DNA of 64,000 bases from Octopus bimaculoides (Eukaryota), in NCBI RefSeq assembly GCF_001194135.2, contig NC_069003.1, positions 32,022,089 to 32,086,088 of the forward strand, written 5' to 3'. Shown here piece by piece: positions 38,168 to 50,997 of this stretch; within the stretch, counting starts at the first letter, position 1, and each line of letters starts with the position of its first letter. The notes below the pieces were generated by a model. It was not told the origin of the DNA. It saw only the letters and a list, made by a program, of their open reading frames with translations, and did no database searches. The translations under genes were made by a program, and so were the position numbers.

Positions 38168-39310
38168 CCCTTTTGCTGCAGAAATCAGATATATCCACTC
38201 AAAATTTCATTACCCTTAACAGTGGAAAGCGGTTCCATACACCAATCTATCTTTTGTTGGGGAATGTCATGGTTGGAACTATTTTCTCTTAAGATATGGC
38301 AAATTTATTGTGGCAACATGACTTGCAGAAAATACCAATCCTGATTTTTTAAAAAAGATATTTAACATCATTACTGGCATAAACAGGTAATTTAATTTCA
38401 CAGTGAAAGGGTTAAGGGACCTTGTCAAACCTGTGATCAAAGACACTCAACCATGACTGTCCTACTTTTTTTACTAGTTACACTGAATTCAAGACCACAT
38501 GATCCAATGTCTCCTATTTTTATTTTAACCCTTTTACTGCAAAAATCAGATATGTCCACCCAAAACTTTCACCGCCCTTAACTGCAGAGAGCAGTTTTAT
38601 TCACCAATCTATCTTTTGTTGAGGAATGTCATGTTTGAAACTAATTTTTGTTGAGATATGTCAGGTTAATTGAGGCAACACGACTTGCAGAAAATACCAA
38701 TTCTGTTTCTTATCAGACATTTAACATTATTACTCGAATAACCATGAAATTTGATTTTACAGTGAAATGATTAAGGAACCTTATCAAACCTTTGATTAAA
38801 GACATTCCAACCATGACTGTTGCACTTATTTTCTAGACACACTGAATTCAAAAAATACCAATGTTATTTTTTTGGTAGGTATTTAAAATCATTACTGGAA
38901 TAACCATGAAATTTAAACAGTGAGAAAGTCTTAAAATAAAAAAAAAAGGAGGAAGAAGAAATGGGGATAGGGAGCATCAGGTGTACTGGTGGTGAATTTC
39001 GGGGAGCATGGCAGTTTTCAAGGTTGTAGTGGTCTCAACAGCTGACAACTGATGGAGGTAATTTATTCCATACTTCAGCAATTCTAAGTGTGTAAAAATG
39101 TAAATATGAAATTTTACATTAACCTATTTATTAATGGAAATCAAATATATTCAATCAAAATTTGATTACCCTTAACTGAAAGTATTTTTTTTATCAAGAT
39201 ATTTCAAGTTTGAGACAATGAGAGTTGCAGAAAATACCAATTCTATTTTTTTGGTAGATATCTAATATCATTACTGAAATAACTGAAATTTAATTACATA
39301 GTGAAATGGC
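38168..39310 (+). repeat. Tandem diverged copies of a piggyBac-like MITE (family G) plus flank, unit about 360 bp
   Basis: Copy 1 38168-38411 and copy 2 38529-38770, each TTAA-flanked; partial copies to about 39310; inverted copy at 24465-24696. Confidence 0.7.
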
Positions 39311-39671
39311 TAAATGAAATGTAAATTATATTGTAAAAGCGTGTAAAAACTATTAAAGAAACATATCTATAGAACAGGGTTGAATCAAAAGTCTGAATCC
39401 AAAATCTGTTGATAGGAACAAAATTGCTTCAACCAGATCCTCTTTCATGGAAACTCTTCAATCTAATTTAGTTAATTTTCAATGTAGAAAGCAGTCAAAT
39501 TAGTATCTGTGAAAATGGGAATTTTAATGCATTATATAATAATTTGTGATTGCACATGGTTGAGTGGTTAGTGTGTTGCACTAATGATCACAAAATTGTG
39601 GTTTCAATTCCCAGACTGGCAGTATGCTGTGTTCTTGAACAAAACACTTCATTTCCTGGCTTTAAGGGTAT

Positions 39672-39851
39672 TACGAAAGGCCTGGCTGGAGGCACAACCT
39701 TCTGAGTTCTTTTACAGGGCTTAGAAAAACTGGAGGGCTCCTGCAATAAGTGTGTGAATCTGAGAAGGTAATATATTCGATAAAATCATAATTAACTGAT
39801 CCTCCTGTATTTTCTATTACCCAAAGCCAAGAACTTTTCAGCACACCCTCG
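39672..39851 (+). mobile_element. Mariner transposase 3' end remnant with terminal inverted repeat
   Basis: With one frameshift: AWLEAQPSEFFLQGLEKLEGSCNKCVNLR..YI; ends ccaaagccaagaacttttcagcacaccctcg-TA (reverse complement TA-CGAGGGTGTGCTGAAAAGTT, an Hsmar2/irritans-like TIR). Confidence 0.75.
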
Positions 39852-40935
39852 TAAATCAAGCATTTTCTAGTTATTTTTTTAAGTTTTAAAACACAGAGCA
39901 ACTGAAGACTGTAGTTCTTAAGAGCGCTTAAGCTACAGCAAAATCAATGTGACAAGAATTTTCAATTATTAAGTGAACCCAGGAAGTTTTACTCTTTCGT
40001 GATCTTCGTTTTCACATTTCTAAGATTAACGAGAGAGAGAGAGATACACACACACACACCAGAATAAAGTGTTCGTATTTTAAAATCTCAATCAAAATTG
40101 AAGAGTTAATTATTACATTTTTATATTTGAAACAGTAACCAGTGTTTGAATGAGAATTTGACATCTGTACAGAAATATTGATTTTTTTTCCACAAGACAA
40201 ATGATTAGTTTCTGTGGGGGATGGAGAGAGAAAGACTGAACGAAACAATACTGGTTGTTGCTGTTGTTAACCCTGAATTAGCCATAGAGAGCAAATTTAT
40301 GACAAAGACACTTTTGTCAGAACTAATCTGACTTTTACACAGAATCTATCAGAGATTATATCCTCCAGTGCATTCTTTACTGAATCTTGTGAAGGCATGA
40401 AGCTTAGTGGTGAAGGTCATGAGTTGGATTCCTGGTGGCATGTTGTGCCCTTGAGCAAGACACTTTTTATTTCATGTCGCTCCAGTCCACTCAGCTGGCA
40501 AAAATGTGTTGTATTAGTAATTCACAGGGCTAGCCTCGTCACATTCTGCATCTTGCTGAGTTGCTTGCACATTAATATTACGAGCAAGCTGTTCTGTTGA
40601 TTGGATCAACTGAAACACTTGTCATAACTGACAGAATGCCAGCCAGACAGTTTAAGAGAGTTGTCTAAATCGCCTCCATGTTGGATTTAGGTTCCTAACC
40701 AGAAGCAGAACTGTGAAATGGTGGACATAATCTAGAATCCCATTTCTGCAATTGTGAAACAGTATAAAAAAAATAAATCATCTGCTTGTTTGCTTCCCAA
40801 CCGCATGATTCTGGGTTCAGTCACACTGTGTGGACTGTGTGACATCTTGGGTAAATGTCTTCTATAACCCTGGGCCTTCCAAAGCCTTGCAAGTTGATTT
40901 GGCAGTTGGAAACCAAAAGAAGCCTCTCATGTATA

Positions 40936-40994
<59 letters not shown>

Positions 40995-41149
40995 GATTAA
41001 ATAAAAAGACAACAAATGGAAATATGACATACCTATGTGTGCGCGTGTATATACATATATAATTTTTAAAAATTTTAGTACAAAAATATATACATATATA
41101 TATACATTTATATGTGTATAAGACAGCTCTCTTACACTTATTTCTAGCT

Positions 41150-41560
41150 GTTGTGAATGCTGGGTAATGACTGACCGTAAGAGTACAATTACAAATATAA
41201 GCATCTGAAATGAGGTTGCTCTGAAGAATCTCTGGAGAAATGTTACATGAAGAATACATAGCTCAGAGATCAGGGTGTCTTTCCATTGAGAGGTTACAAC
41301 TCTGGTACGACAGACATGGGGTAAGAACTGAAGGAAAGAATTGCAGGATGGAGGATCCAACTGGGAGGAGACCCAGGGGTAGACCAAGAATGAAATGGTT
41401 GAATCTCATCCATAATCTCAGTTGGTCATGCTTGGGAATCTAGCCGGAAAGTCTAATGGGGGTTGCTTCTGATAGGACCCTGAGGGGGAGGTGCCTGAAT
41501 ATTCTACTCCCACGGTCCTCCCAGTAATAATGGGTGGAGAAGATGAATGGAATGAATAGA
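41150..41560 (+). mobile_element. RTE-like LINE 3' fragment; related copies at about 2140-2350 and 23840-24250
   Basis: LSIERLQLWY..HGVR...DPTGRRPRGRPRMKWL..IHNLSWSCLGI; the three loci align. Confidence 0.7.
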
Positions 41561-43531
41561 GGAATAAATGGCAAAATTAATACTACTGAGATAACGGAAC
41601 TATATTTTTTATCACCATTTTATCTATTCAGTTATGCATATTTAGATATTTGCATGATGTGAAAATGTGTTGGTTTTTTTTTTTTTTATTACACGGATGT
41701 CATTATTAATGTCGAATCAAATTGTTATTTAATTACCATTTCATTGAAGTCGATAGATAAATGTGTATGTTATTAGTGTTAATAACCCATGTTAACTCTG
41801 ATCCAACAGACTTATGATCAATGGTGTTCCAACTATGACCAACCAACCTTATTTTCTGACATATGTAGGACTACATTATTCAATTTGGTCTTCTTTGAGG
41901 ATGATTTTCAGGGAAATTTAGTGGTTAATTCTCTTAGGTTCATTAACCACAGAGACTCTCATTAGCTTATTGCTTTAGTTGATGTTAAACCAAGTGCATC
42001 CTGATCGACAAACCACTCCATTTCGTACAGCCAGTGTAAATACAGAACATTATTTAATGTGCCCTTGTTTATGATAAAGACTACACAGAGATTTGACTGC
42101 TATTTCTAGCAAGTCAAGCAACCATATACAGTTTTCCACACAGGCTTGATTATATTGCCAACAGATGAGATAGAAGCCATGATTTTGAGGACGATAAATC
42201 ACATTCAAACCAGCATGGCCTCTATTTCAGATATAGGACAATCTGTATCATCTAGCTTTACATCTGTCTATCTATACCCATCTATTTATCTACCAATATG
42301 TACACAATAAAGCAGCTTCCCACATATATATACACACACATACATACATACTTGTACATGAGAGCTATGATCTTGCAGTCTACCAGCATTCTTGTATTAT
42401 ATAGATATATGGGATCCTGCATTATCTGATACATACATATTTCTATTACTCTTTCCTATATAAAATATATTTGAGACTTGAACATTTTCTCTTCCAAAAT
42501 TTTTTTTTAACAAATCTATATTTAGAAGAGCAACACCATTTTATCTCTTGAAGTTAATTCTCTATGATTCTCAAAACAGGAAAAAAATGTTGGTTAAAAA
42601 AAATGTATAATTTATTGATATTTTAATCGAGAAATTGAACAGTGAGTGTGTGTGTGTGTACTAGTTTCAAATGCAAAGCAGTCTTGGCTTTCAGCAGGAG
42701 AATCCTCAAGAGACCATCCAAAAATTTAAGAGCTGATTCCGAAATGGAAATGGGTAGTTTTGACTAATTTATATGCAGAGAATTGAAGTTATTTAATGAA
42801 ACCTTTCCAAGAATATCCAATTTATTTTCTGAACAAGTTTACTTAAAAATGTCCATTTATTTTGAAGAAATTTGATTTACATTTATAATCTGAACATGCA
42901 TTATTTTATGGGAAAGTCTAACCCATTCATGAGCATGCTTCTAATGAACAACATGGTTTATCTATTAATTAGTTGGTTTGTATTTGTTTATTTTAAAACA
43001 AAGAAGAATTTGTTGAGATTCTGTAAAATAACTCCTTCATTAATAGGTATATAAAGGAAGATTGTGAGTTCTGACATGAAATGAAAATAGAAAGTTACTC
43101 ATTAAATTTGAATACATTTTTGAAAACAGGTTTAACCATTATTCATGCACATCCATCACGTGTCCACATGAGCACAGTCTTCACTCTTGAATGCTACATT
43201 TGTAAAAAAAATGTGCTTGTCTGTGCTCGATGGTTTCAAATTTTGATACAAGGCCATCAATTTCAGAGAATGCCTAAATATTCTACCTGTTTTATGTTTA
43301 AACCGGCCAGGTCCGGCTTTTCTCACCTACCCTACAATGTCACTCTAAAAATATATAAAACACATCATTGAAATCCCAACACAAGATATTGCAGGATTAA
43401 TTCAAAACAATGTAAATAAATAAGGATTATAATAGACAGAGAGTAATTTGAATGCTAAAGGGTTCAAGTAATCTAGTTCTAAATTATCCTGGATAAACAT
43501 GCTACTCACCCCATCATTTTAAGATAGAGAG

Positions 43532-44167
43532 CAGGGGTTTTCAACCATTTTTTGTCTGTGGACCCCTTTGATTACTATTTTATTCTGGTGGGCCCTCAAA
43601 TCCATTCTCTGTTTAAAAACTAGTTCTATAGAAACTTCTTGCAAAATTCCTATTTTGTTTTTCACCCCAAGCTGTTTCTTGCAATACATAATGATACATA
43701 CATGTAAAGCAACATTTTCCCAGGGGCCCTTAGAATACTTATTGTAGATCCCCAATTGCTTACTTTGTGTGGACCCCTAAAAATCTTGTATGGACCCCAG
43801 CTGAGAACCAATGATATAGAGCAGGGGTTCTCAACCATTTTTTTTATCTATGGACCCCTTTGATTACTATTTTATTCTAGTAGACCCCCCCCCCAAAGCC
43901 ATTTGATGTTTGAGAACTAGTTTTATAGAAACTTCTTTCAAAATTCCTATTTAGTTTTTCACACATTAGCTTGTATAGGTTGAACTATGTAAAATGTTTG
44001 GGAGAGAAACCTAGCTGTTTCTTGTAATATATACATCTAAGGCAAAATTTTTCTGGGGGTCCTTAAAATAGTGTTGTGGCTGCCAAATTTACTATTTTGC
44101 TATGCGGATCCCTGAAAATCTTACGTGGACCCTCAGGGGCCATATGGACCCCAGCTGAGAACCACTG
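43532..44167 (+). mobile_element. Head-to-tail dimer of a hAT (Charlie-like) MITE: 43532-43813 and 43822-44167; further copy about 49788-50032
   Basis: TIRs CAGGGGTT[TC]TCAAC ... CTGAGAACCA[AC]TG; 8-bp target ATAGAGAG / ATATAGAG / ATATAGAG before, between and after. Confidence 0.8.
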
Positions 44168-44689
44168 ATATAGAGTGTGAACTGATGGAGATTAGGTAGC
44201 TATTTCTAGCAAATGAATGAGCTCATAGAGGCTCTCTTGTTGCCTTGCTCATTGCCAAAGTAATTTGCATATATGGCTGGTAAACAAGTGAAGAGAAGAA
44301 ATTAAATATAGTGCTACTTGGATATGAAATTCAAGCTGGTTGCCAATAATTTTTTTAATGTTAAAAAGATTAGCAATAAAATGTTATTTATTAACTCTAT
44401 CTTTAGTTGGCATACATTTTCAATGAAGATGAGATCACTCAAACTAAATGGATATTTTATGATTTTATGGATTGAATAAATTTTCTAAAAAAATTGAATA
44501 AATTAAATAATTCATACAAAGATAAGGTGATAAGCTTTCTTAAAAATAACCCCAAAATAATTCTATCTGTTATGCTAACACGGTGAAAAATAAAAGGGAC
44601 ATAAAATGAAGCTAATTTTTAATTTTCTTTTATGAAATGATCACAAACATAGGTGTGAAATTATGTAGTTTGGAAAATGAATAAGCATG

Positions 44690-45045
44690 GCTTTTTGGTT
44701 GAGAAGTTTGCTTCCCAACATGTAGTCTGGGTTCAATCCCACTGCACTGCACTGCACCTTGGGCAGGTGTTTGTATTATAGCCCTGGGATATTCAAAACC
44801 TTGTGAGTAGATATGGTAGACAGAAGCTGAAAGCTCATTGTATATATATCTATGTGTACGTGTGTTTGCGTTTGTCTAACCTGCACTGCTTGACAGCCAG
44901 TGTTAGGTTGGTTATGTCCCCATAACTTAGCAGTTCAGCAAAAGAGACTGGTAGAATACCAGGCTTAAAAAAAAAGCACCGGGGTTGATTTATTTGACTA
45001 AATCCTTTAAGGCAATGCCCCAGCATGACCACAATCCAATAAAAG
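44690..45045 (+). mobile_element. tRNA-derived SINE (family A); other copies about 2880-3200(-), 10215-10500(-), 31965-32350(-), 40790-40950, 63780-63930
   Basis: tRNA-like head with B box GGTTCAATCCC, central (AT/GT)n, conserved tail ccccagcatg[ag]cc[ag]cagtcca..tgactgaaac. Octopus tRNA-derived SINE families are known, but I cannot assign the family name. Confidence 0.75.
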
Positions 45046-45719
45046 AAACTAAATTGACAAAAAACTTGACTGGTGCTTTACTTTATTAACCCCAGGAGAA
45101 TGAAATGCAAAGTTACTTTTGACTGGATTTAAACCCAGAATGCGAAAAACACATTCTTAAATGTCACAAAGTATTTTATCCCGCACACCAGTGATTCTGT
45201 TAATTTTGTTACCTAATCATCACCAAAACCCTGTTGGGAGTCTCAAGCTGAAGGAGTCTCCACACGATCGTTCAACTTCCTAGAAATAGCAACTGAACCT
45301 CTCATTGTGTTCTTTAACCTTTTAGCAATCAAACAGGCCATATCAGGCCGAAATATTTAACCTGTTTTATGTTGAAACTGGTCGGATCTGGCCTCGCACC
45401 TCAACCCTACAATGTCATTCTAAAACTAAACAATCACATCATCAACGTCTCTAAATTACAAGATAATGCATGATTAATTAAAAATAATATAAATGAAACA
45501 AACATTATATTTGACAGAATAATCTGATACACACAGACATATACTCATTTAAAATGGGTTGGTCATGGATAGAATACCTTTGATCACAGTAAGTTTGCTT
45601 GATCAGAAGCAGCCTGGGGCTAAACAGGAATCTCAAAAGTATTTATGATGGCCTAACAAGAGAGAGAGAGGAAGAGAGGAGAGAGAGATGGGGGAGAAGA
45701 GATAGAAGGATATATATAT

Positions 45720-45723
<4 letters not shown>

Positions 45724-45779
<56 letters not shown>
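45724..45779. repeat. (GA)n microsatellite, representative of many (AT)n, (AC)n, (GA)n, (TAG)n and (ATC)n tracts in the window
   Basis: Read directly. Confidence 0.95.
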
Positions 45780-45781
<2 letters not shown>

Positions 45782-46060
45782 CAGTAGTCTAGTTTAGATA
45801 TGGCGATCTTCTTGCAATGATTTAGATCAGTCTTGGAGCTATTTCTAGGAAAGTCTGCTTCGGCAAATGATAACTATGCAGAAGTAGGCTAAATTTCACG
45901 GACAAAGTCTGGTGTGAAGAATTTGGTGCCACAGATCAAGGTAAGAAGATAAACAGAGAGATAAGGTGTTCTAGAAATTCACACAAACCATGCCAGCATG
46001 AAAATGTAGACTTTAAACCAGCACGATGGCAGTATTGATTGTTACATGTTATTAATAGGG

Positions 46061-46106
<46 letters not shown>

Positions 46107-46463
46107 AGAGGGAGATAATATAGGAAAAATTATTTCATGGTATTTTACATTTGTATAATTTTTGCATCTATTTTCCCTATGGTCGAGTGGTTTTTCCAAT
46201 GAATGGATTTTGCATCAGTATATCGGTTTCGTTGAAGGTTTCCATTTGTTCAATGAACAGGATTATCTACACATTGTATTAAAATATAAACGGTTGAGTA
46301 TTCCAACCTGCTAGAAATAGCAGCCACACATTCCTCAAACCAACCTACCACCTCAACCTTGTAGCATTTAAATTGGCAATATCTGACCCAAATATTCTTG
46401 TTTTATGTTCAAACCAACCAGATCTGCCCTCTCACATATACCCTACAATGTCATTCTAAAAAT

Positions 46464-47062
46464 AAAGAGCACTCAGAGAGCACAAACTTCTGTCAAGGCA
46501 ACACCAACATTCTCTCAATGATTAGCCAGAGATGATTTTTAAAATGAGAACATCTGAAATAATCTCAACTGCTCTCACAAACTAGAATACTAAAACTGAA
46601 TCCGACCGCTCTCAAACATTAAGTAAAAACACTGGAAAAAATAATCCAGAATCCTTGTCCGGTACCTGATTGACCCCAATGGTAGACAGGGAATGTGAAG
46701 GTGGCTGTAGAAAATTTAGTAACAGTAATAAGTAGTTTATCTTTATCTATCTAATACAAGCCAAAGTTAACAAATTCACCATTGAAAATATTTACAGCCT
46801 AAAGAGAGATAATTGAAAAGACTTGAAAGTTAACATAAGATCGTAATCATGTAAAGTAAAGTAAATATAACAAATAATCCTGAATCCTTGTCCCGTACTG
46901 GATCAATCCCAAAATCTAATCAGTTCATGCCAGTCATGAGGCCAAACATCTCTGAAAGTTTCATCCAAATCCATCCAGCAGTTCTTGAGATATCTTGTCC
47001 ACAGACAAGCAAACAAACGCAACTGAAAACAATAGCCCCGCCTTCGTTAAGGCAGGGGTAAT
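46464..47062 (+). mobile_element. Helentron/DINE-1-like non-autonomous element nested in a family E MITE
   Basis: Two core repeats aataatcc[at]gaatccttgtcc (about 46640 and 46874), short (CAAA)n, 3' hairpin ccccgcctt-cgtt-aaggcagggg (47036-47058); interrupts a family E copy. Confidence 0.5.
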
Positions 47063-50000
47063 AATCAATTCAAAACAATGTGAATAAATAAGCTTTACAT
47101 TTGACAGAGTAGAGTAATCTGAATGCTAAAGAGTGAAATTAGTAAAGGACACATTAGAAAATATAGTCCTATATATACAAAAGGACAAGATAATATATAC
47201 ATACATATGTATGTATATCATCTACTTTACTTTCCCTAAGCAACTCATACACCATAACTTGACCTGTTATAAATAGCAGCCAAATTTCTCACTAATTGCA
47301 CCATATCATCTTACATAAGAATAGGCCATCTTGAGCAATATATTTCGTTAAATACAAAAATAGAACAATATACACAAACCAGTAGAAAAGTGTCCAAAGT
47401 GCAGTATTTCTGCCTCTTTATATAATTACATTTAATAATTTAATTTATATAATTGGCAATTAATTAATGTCAGTTGGGAAACAAGCATAAAGTGAATTAG
47501 AAAGTCACTCTGAAAGGTCTTTCGCCGTCACTGATAATGATGAAACTTTTCATATTTGTAACAAAACCCTGATTAGGTTTTGTGGTTAATAAATGCATAA
47601 CGACTCTGTATTAAACACAATGGTGGATTTTTCCTGTCATAAATGACGGATGAGGGTTCTGCAACTTCTTCCTGAACCTGTATAACCTGTATAAATGATT
47701 TGTTTATAGTGATCAAATATTCGTTCGGTACATCAGTCCACTCCCTACATCAAGTCGACATTGCCTGAACAGGTACACAATGTATCACATGTCAAGATGT
47801 TGAAATGATCGCAAAGCAACAGGGCATGGAATGAAGTGATTTGCTCAAAAACATAACACACTGCTCAGTCTGGGAATCGAAACCACAATCTTACAGCCAT
47901 GAGTGTGACACCCTAATGACTAGGCCATGTGCCTTTGCCACTCAATACAATAAATGGCACTCCATTGGTTACAACAATGAAGGTTCTAGTTGATCTGATC
48001 AATGGAACAACCTACTCCTGAAATTAATGTGCAACTGGCTGAACACTCCACAGACATGCATACCCTTCACATAATTTTCTAGGAGATTGCATGCAATTTT
48101 AATGTAAGCTTTTAACATAGGTCACTTTTAAACATGGAGTGTGTATTATAGAACCAAGGGTGGTCCCAGGAGGGTTGGTGGTAAAAGGGTTAAAGTACAT
48201 TAATTTCTTTCCTTTATCTGATGAAATATTCTTTGGAAATGTTATTAGAAGATTACAATTTTTGTTTTTTTAAATACTAGCTGAAGAGATAAATGTTTTT
48301 GAAAATGCAGACTATTGTTATTTAAAAGTTGTTAGAATAAACGATGTGTATACAGCTAGGTATTCACCTAAATGTTAATGGCTCAACATGGAACATACAA
48401 GTGGTACTCATATTTCTTCCTAGATAGATTGAGGCAAGCAAATTAATATACTCTGCCCCAGAGTGAAATGTGAAAGATCTAATCTTATGACCTGAGGGGC
48501 CATTAGTCCAGCATCTTAATAAGACAAAAGACATAAATATTTCCAATACCAGGAGATGGTCCAGCCCATAAATTCTCACATTTATATTATGTTTAATGAC
48601 CAAAGTCATGTAAGCAGAACATGAGTCATAAATAATGTTGAAGTAGGGCGGCCTTTGTGGCAAAGTCAACTCCTACAAACATTACAAGCCATAAATCAAA
48701 CAAGATTGGGATTGTAACAGTAAATAATTAGAATAATGAAAATTAAACACAATCATAATGTTTGGCCTTATAATTAGAATGAATTAGAGTGAAAAGTTTT
48801 ACAAAGAAATTAAAGTCAAAATATATTTTTTTATAAAAAGCGTCAACTGAATAACTGACAAAAATATCTGTCTTTTTTTTTTTTTATGCAACTTCAAATA
48901 TTTAAAAAGTGACTAAACTTTAACATCCATCACAGCATCATTAGGGACTAAATTACTACTTTAATGTACTTTTAAACTGCTCACCTGACAAATTGCGTGC
49001 GTGTGTGTATATGTATCTGTGTACATACACATATGCATACATACATACTTTTACCTACATATATACATGTATATATATCAGATATATATATATATATATA
49101 TATATGCAAATATATGCACACACACACACACGGAGTCCAATCACAAGAATAAATGTTGATTTTAAACTATCCTTGATCAAACAAGAAGGAAAGAAAAAAT
49201 CTTTCAATCTTAACCTCTGTTATGGTGGAATATTTAAATATTGAAATGATGAAAATGATGATAAAGGGGGAACTTAATAAATCTAAAAATAAAATATGTC
49301 AGTAAAAATGGATACTAAACAAATAAAAATGTGGATACTAAAATCATAGTTCAGTTATAATTAGCATAAAGCCCTGCCATAAAAAAATAGCTCTTTTGAT
49401 CAGATTCCTTAAAGTTATACAATTTGCACTTTTCTCTGAGCTTTGATGTTTAAGCTTTACCCCCACCTCTCATTAGAACAGGGAAAACGTCAATGTCATG
49501 GAAAAAAAAAGATTGAATGTAATGATCTTTTTAAAGAACTACATTATTTGGTTAAAATTCAATTAAAGAAGGATAAAATTTGGAAAGGTGGGGGTGGTCA
49601 TTGAAATCAGAATTATCTCCCTTAATGTGGTTTATGTGTCACACCTAAACTTGTAACATACATAAACCAAGTTTCTTACATGGTCTTCCAACGTACAAGA
49701 AACAGCAACTAAATCACCTTCAAATCACACTCTAAAGAAAAAAAAAAGACACATTAGATAATGTAGTCTTAGACATAGGAGCTAATAAAGGAGCTTCTCA
49801 ACCATTTTTTGCTTACAGACCCAGACCCCTATTTTACTCAGGTGGACTCCCACAGCCATGCAATGTTTAAAAAAAAATCTTATTCCTAAAATTGAATATT
49901 ATTATGAATTTTATAAATGTTAAAATACTTTGAGCATTGCAGATGTAGAACCAATTTATTGCTCATAAATTTTAACTACAAGATCTTATATTAACCCCCA

Positions 50001-50963
50001 AGGGCTATATGAACCCCAGTTGAGAACCACAGCTCTACATGGTTGCTAGACAGGCTAGAAACAACAGTCAAATTTAGCTCAAACCACATATATAAATTCT
50101 TCTTTAAAACTTACTGAAACAAAAAGCAGTGTTTCAACAGGAATATGGTAACAAAAGGGTTAATGGCATACTTAGGACTCTGACCTCCCTGACATTAAGT
50201 CTCCCGGGCTGCCATCCAAGTACTTAGAATCCTAAGTGTTGGAACAAATACAACAGGGTATCTTGCCTGATACTCTAATGGTTCTGCCTGTCCTCTACCA
50301 TGGAGCAGTAATTTTTTTAATTGATCCCACCCCACAAAAGATGAAAGGCAACATTGACCCAGGAGGTACTTGAAGTTAGAGTTCGGAGAGATGAAACAAA
50401 TACTACAAACTATTTTTGCCTGTGTTCTAATCACTCTGCCAATTAAATTGTTTTCATCACTGGTTTCCTCAATCAGGTTGGACTTAGTAGGGAGGGCTAA
50501 ACAATAATATATTCAGTAGAACTTGAATTTAAAATCACCAGGTCTAGTTTTTCCTTCTTGTGTTTTTATATGTTAGTTGGTGGACGGGGAGAAAGGAGGG
50601 ACCGCAGACCCTCCCAAGCTGGAAAAATAGATGTGGTCTGATCACAGGTGCTTTATGTTGCATTGGCAGGAGCGCTTTACACGTGGCACCAGTAAGGCTG
50701 CTTTATATGTGGCATCAACACAGGTGCACATTTTGCATGGTACCGGCACGGGCTCTCTTTACAAACAACAAATAAAACTTATGAGCAAGATTCTCCCAGC
50801 CCATCTAAGAGAGCAGATACAACTTGTCCAATACATGACAGTATGGAAATCAGATGTAAAATGGCCATGATGACAACGGTATAAAAAGAAAAAAATAATA
50901 TGTTTTCTATATATAAGATAAATATAAAGTTTTGAAAGCCATCTATGTAAATATATTCTTGAT

Positions 50964-50997
<34 letters not shown>

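Noticed and set aside
44690-44760. tRNA-like sequence with B box (also 40790-40830, 39555-39620, 47860-47900)
   Set aside because: SINE heads: no complete cloverleaf and continuous with SINE body sequence.
45790-45940. Plus-strand segment ending in a perfect AAG|GTAAGA donor (also 42695-42753)
   Set aside because: Stops in all frames at 45.8 kb and no compatible partner exons; cannot be supported without RNA data.
47527-47575. Box C (ATGATGA) and box D (CTGA) pair suggesting a C/D snoRNA
   Set aside because: Only about 26 nt between the boxes, no terminal stem, and antisense to the host intron.
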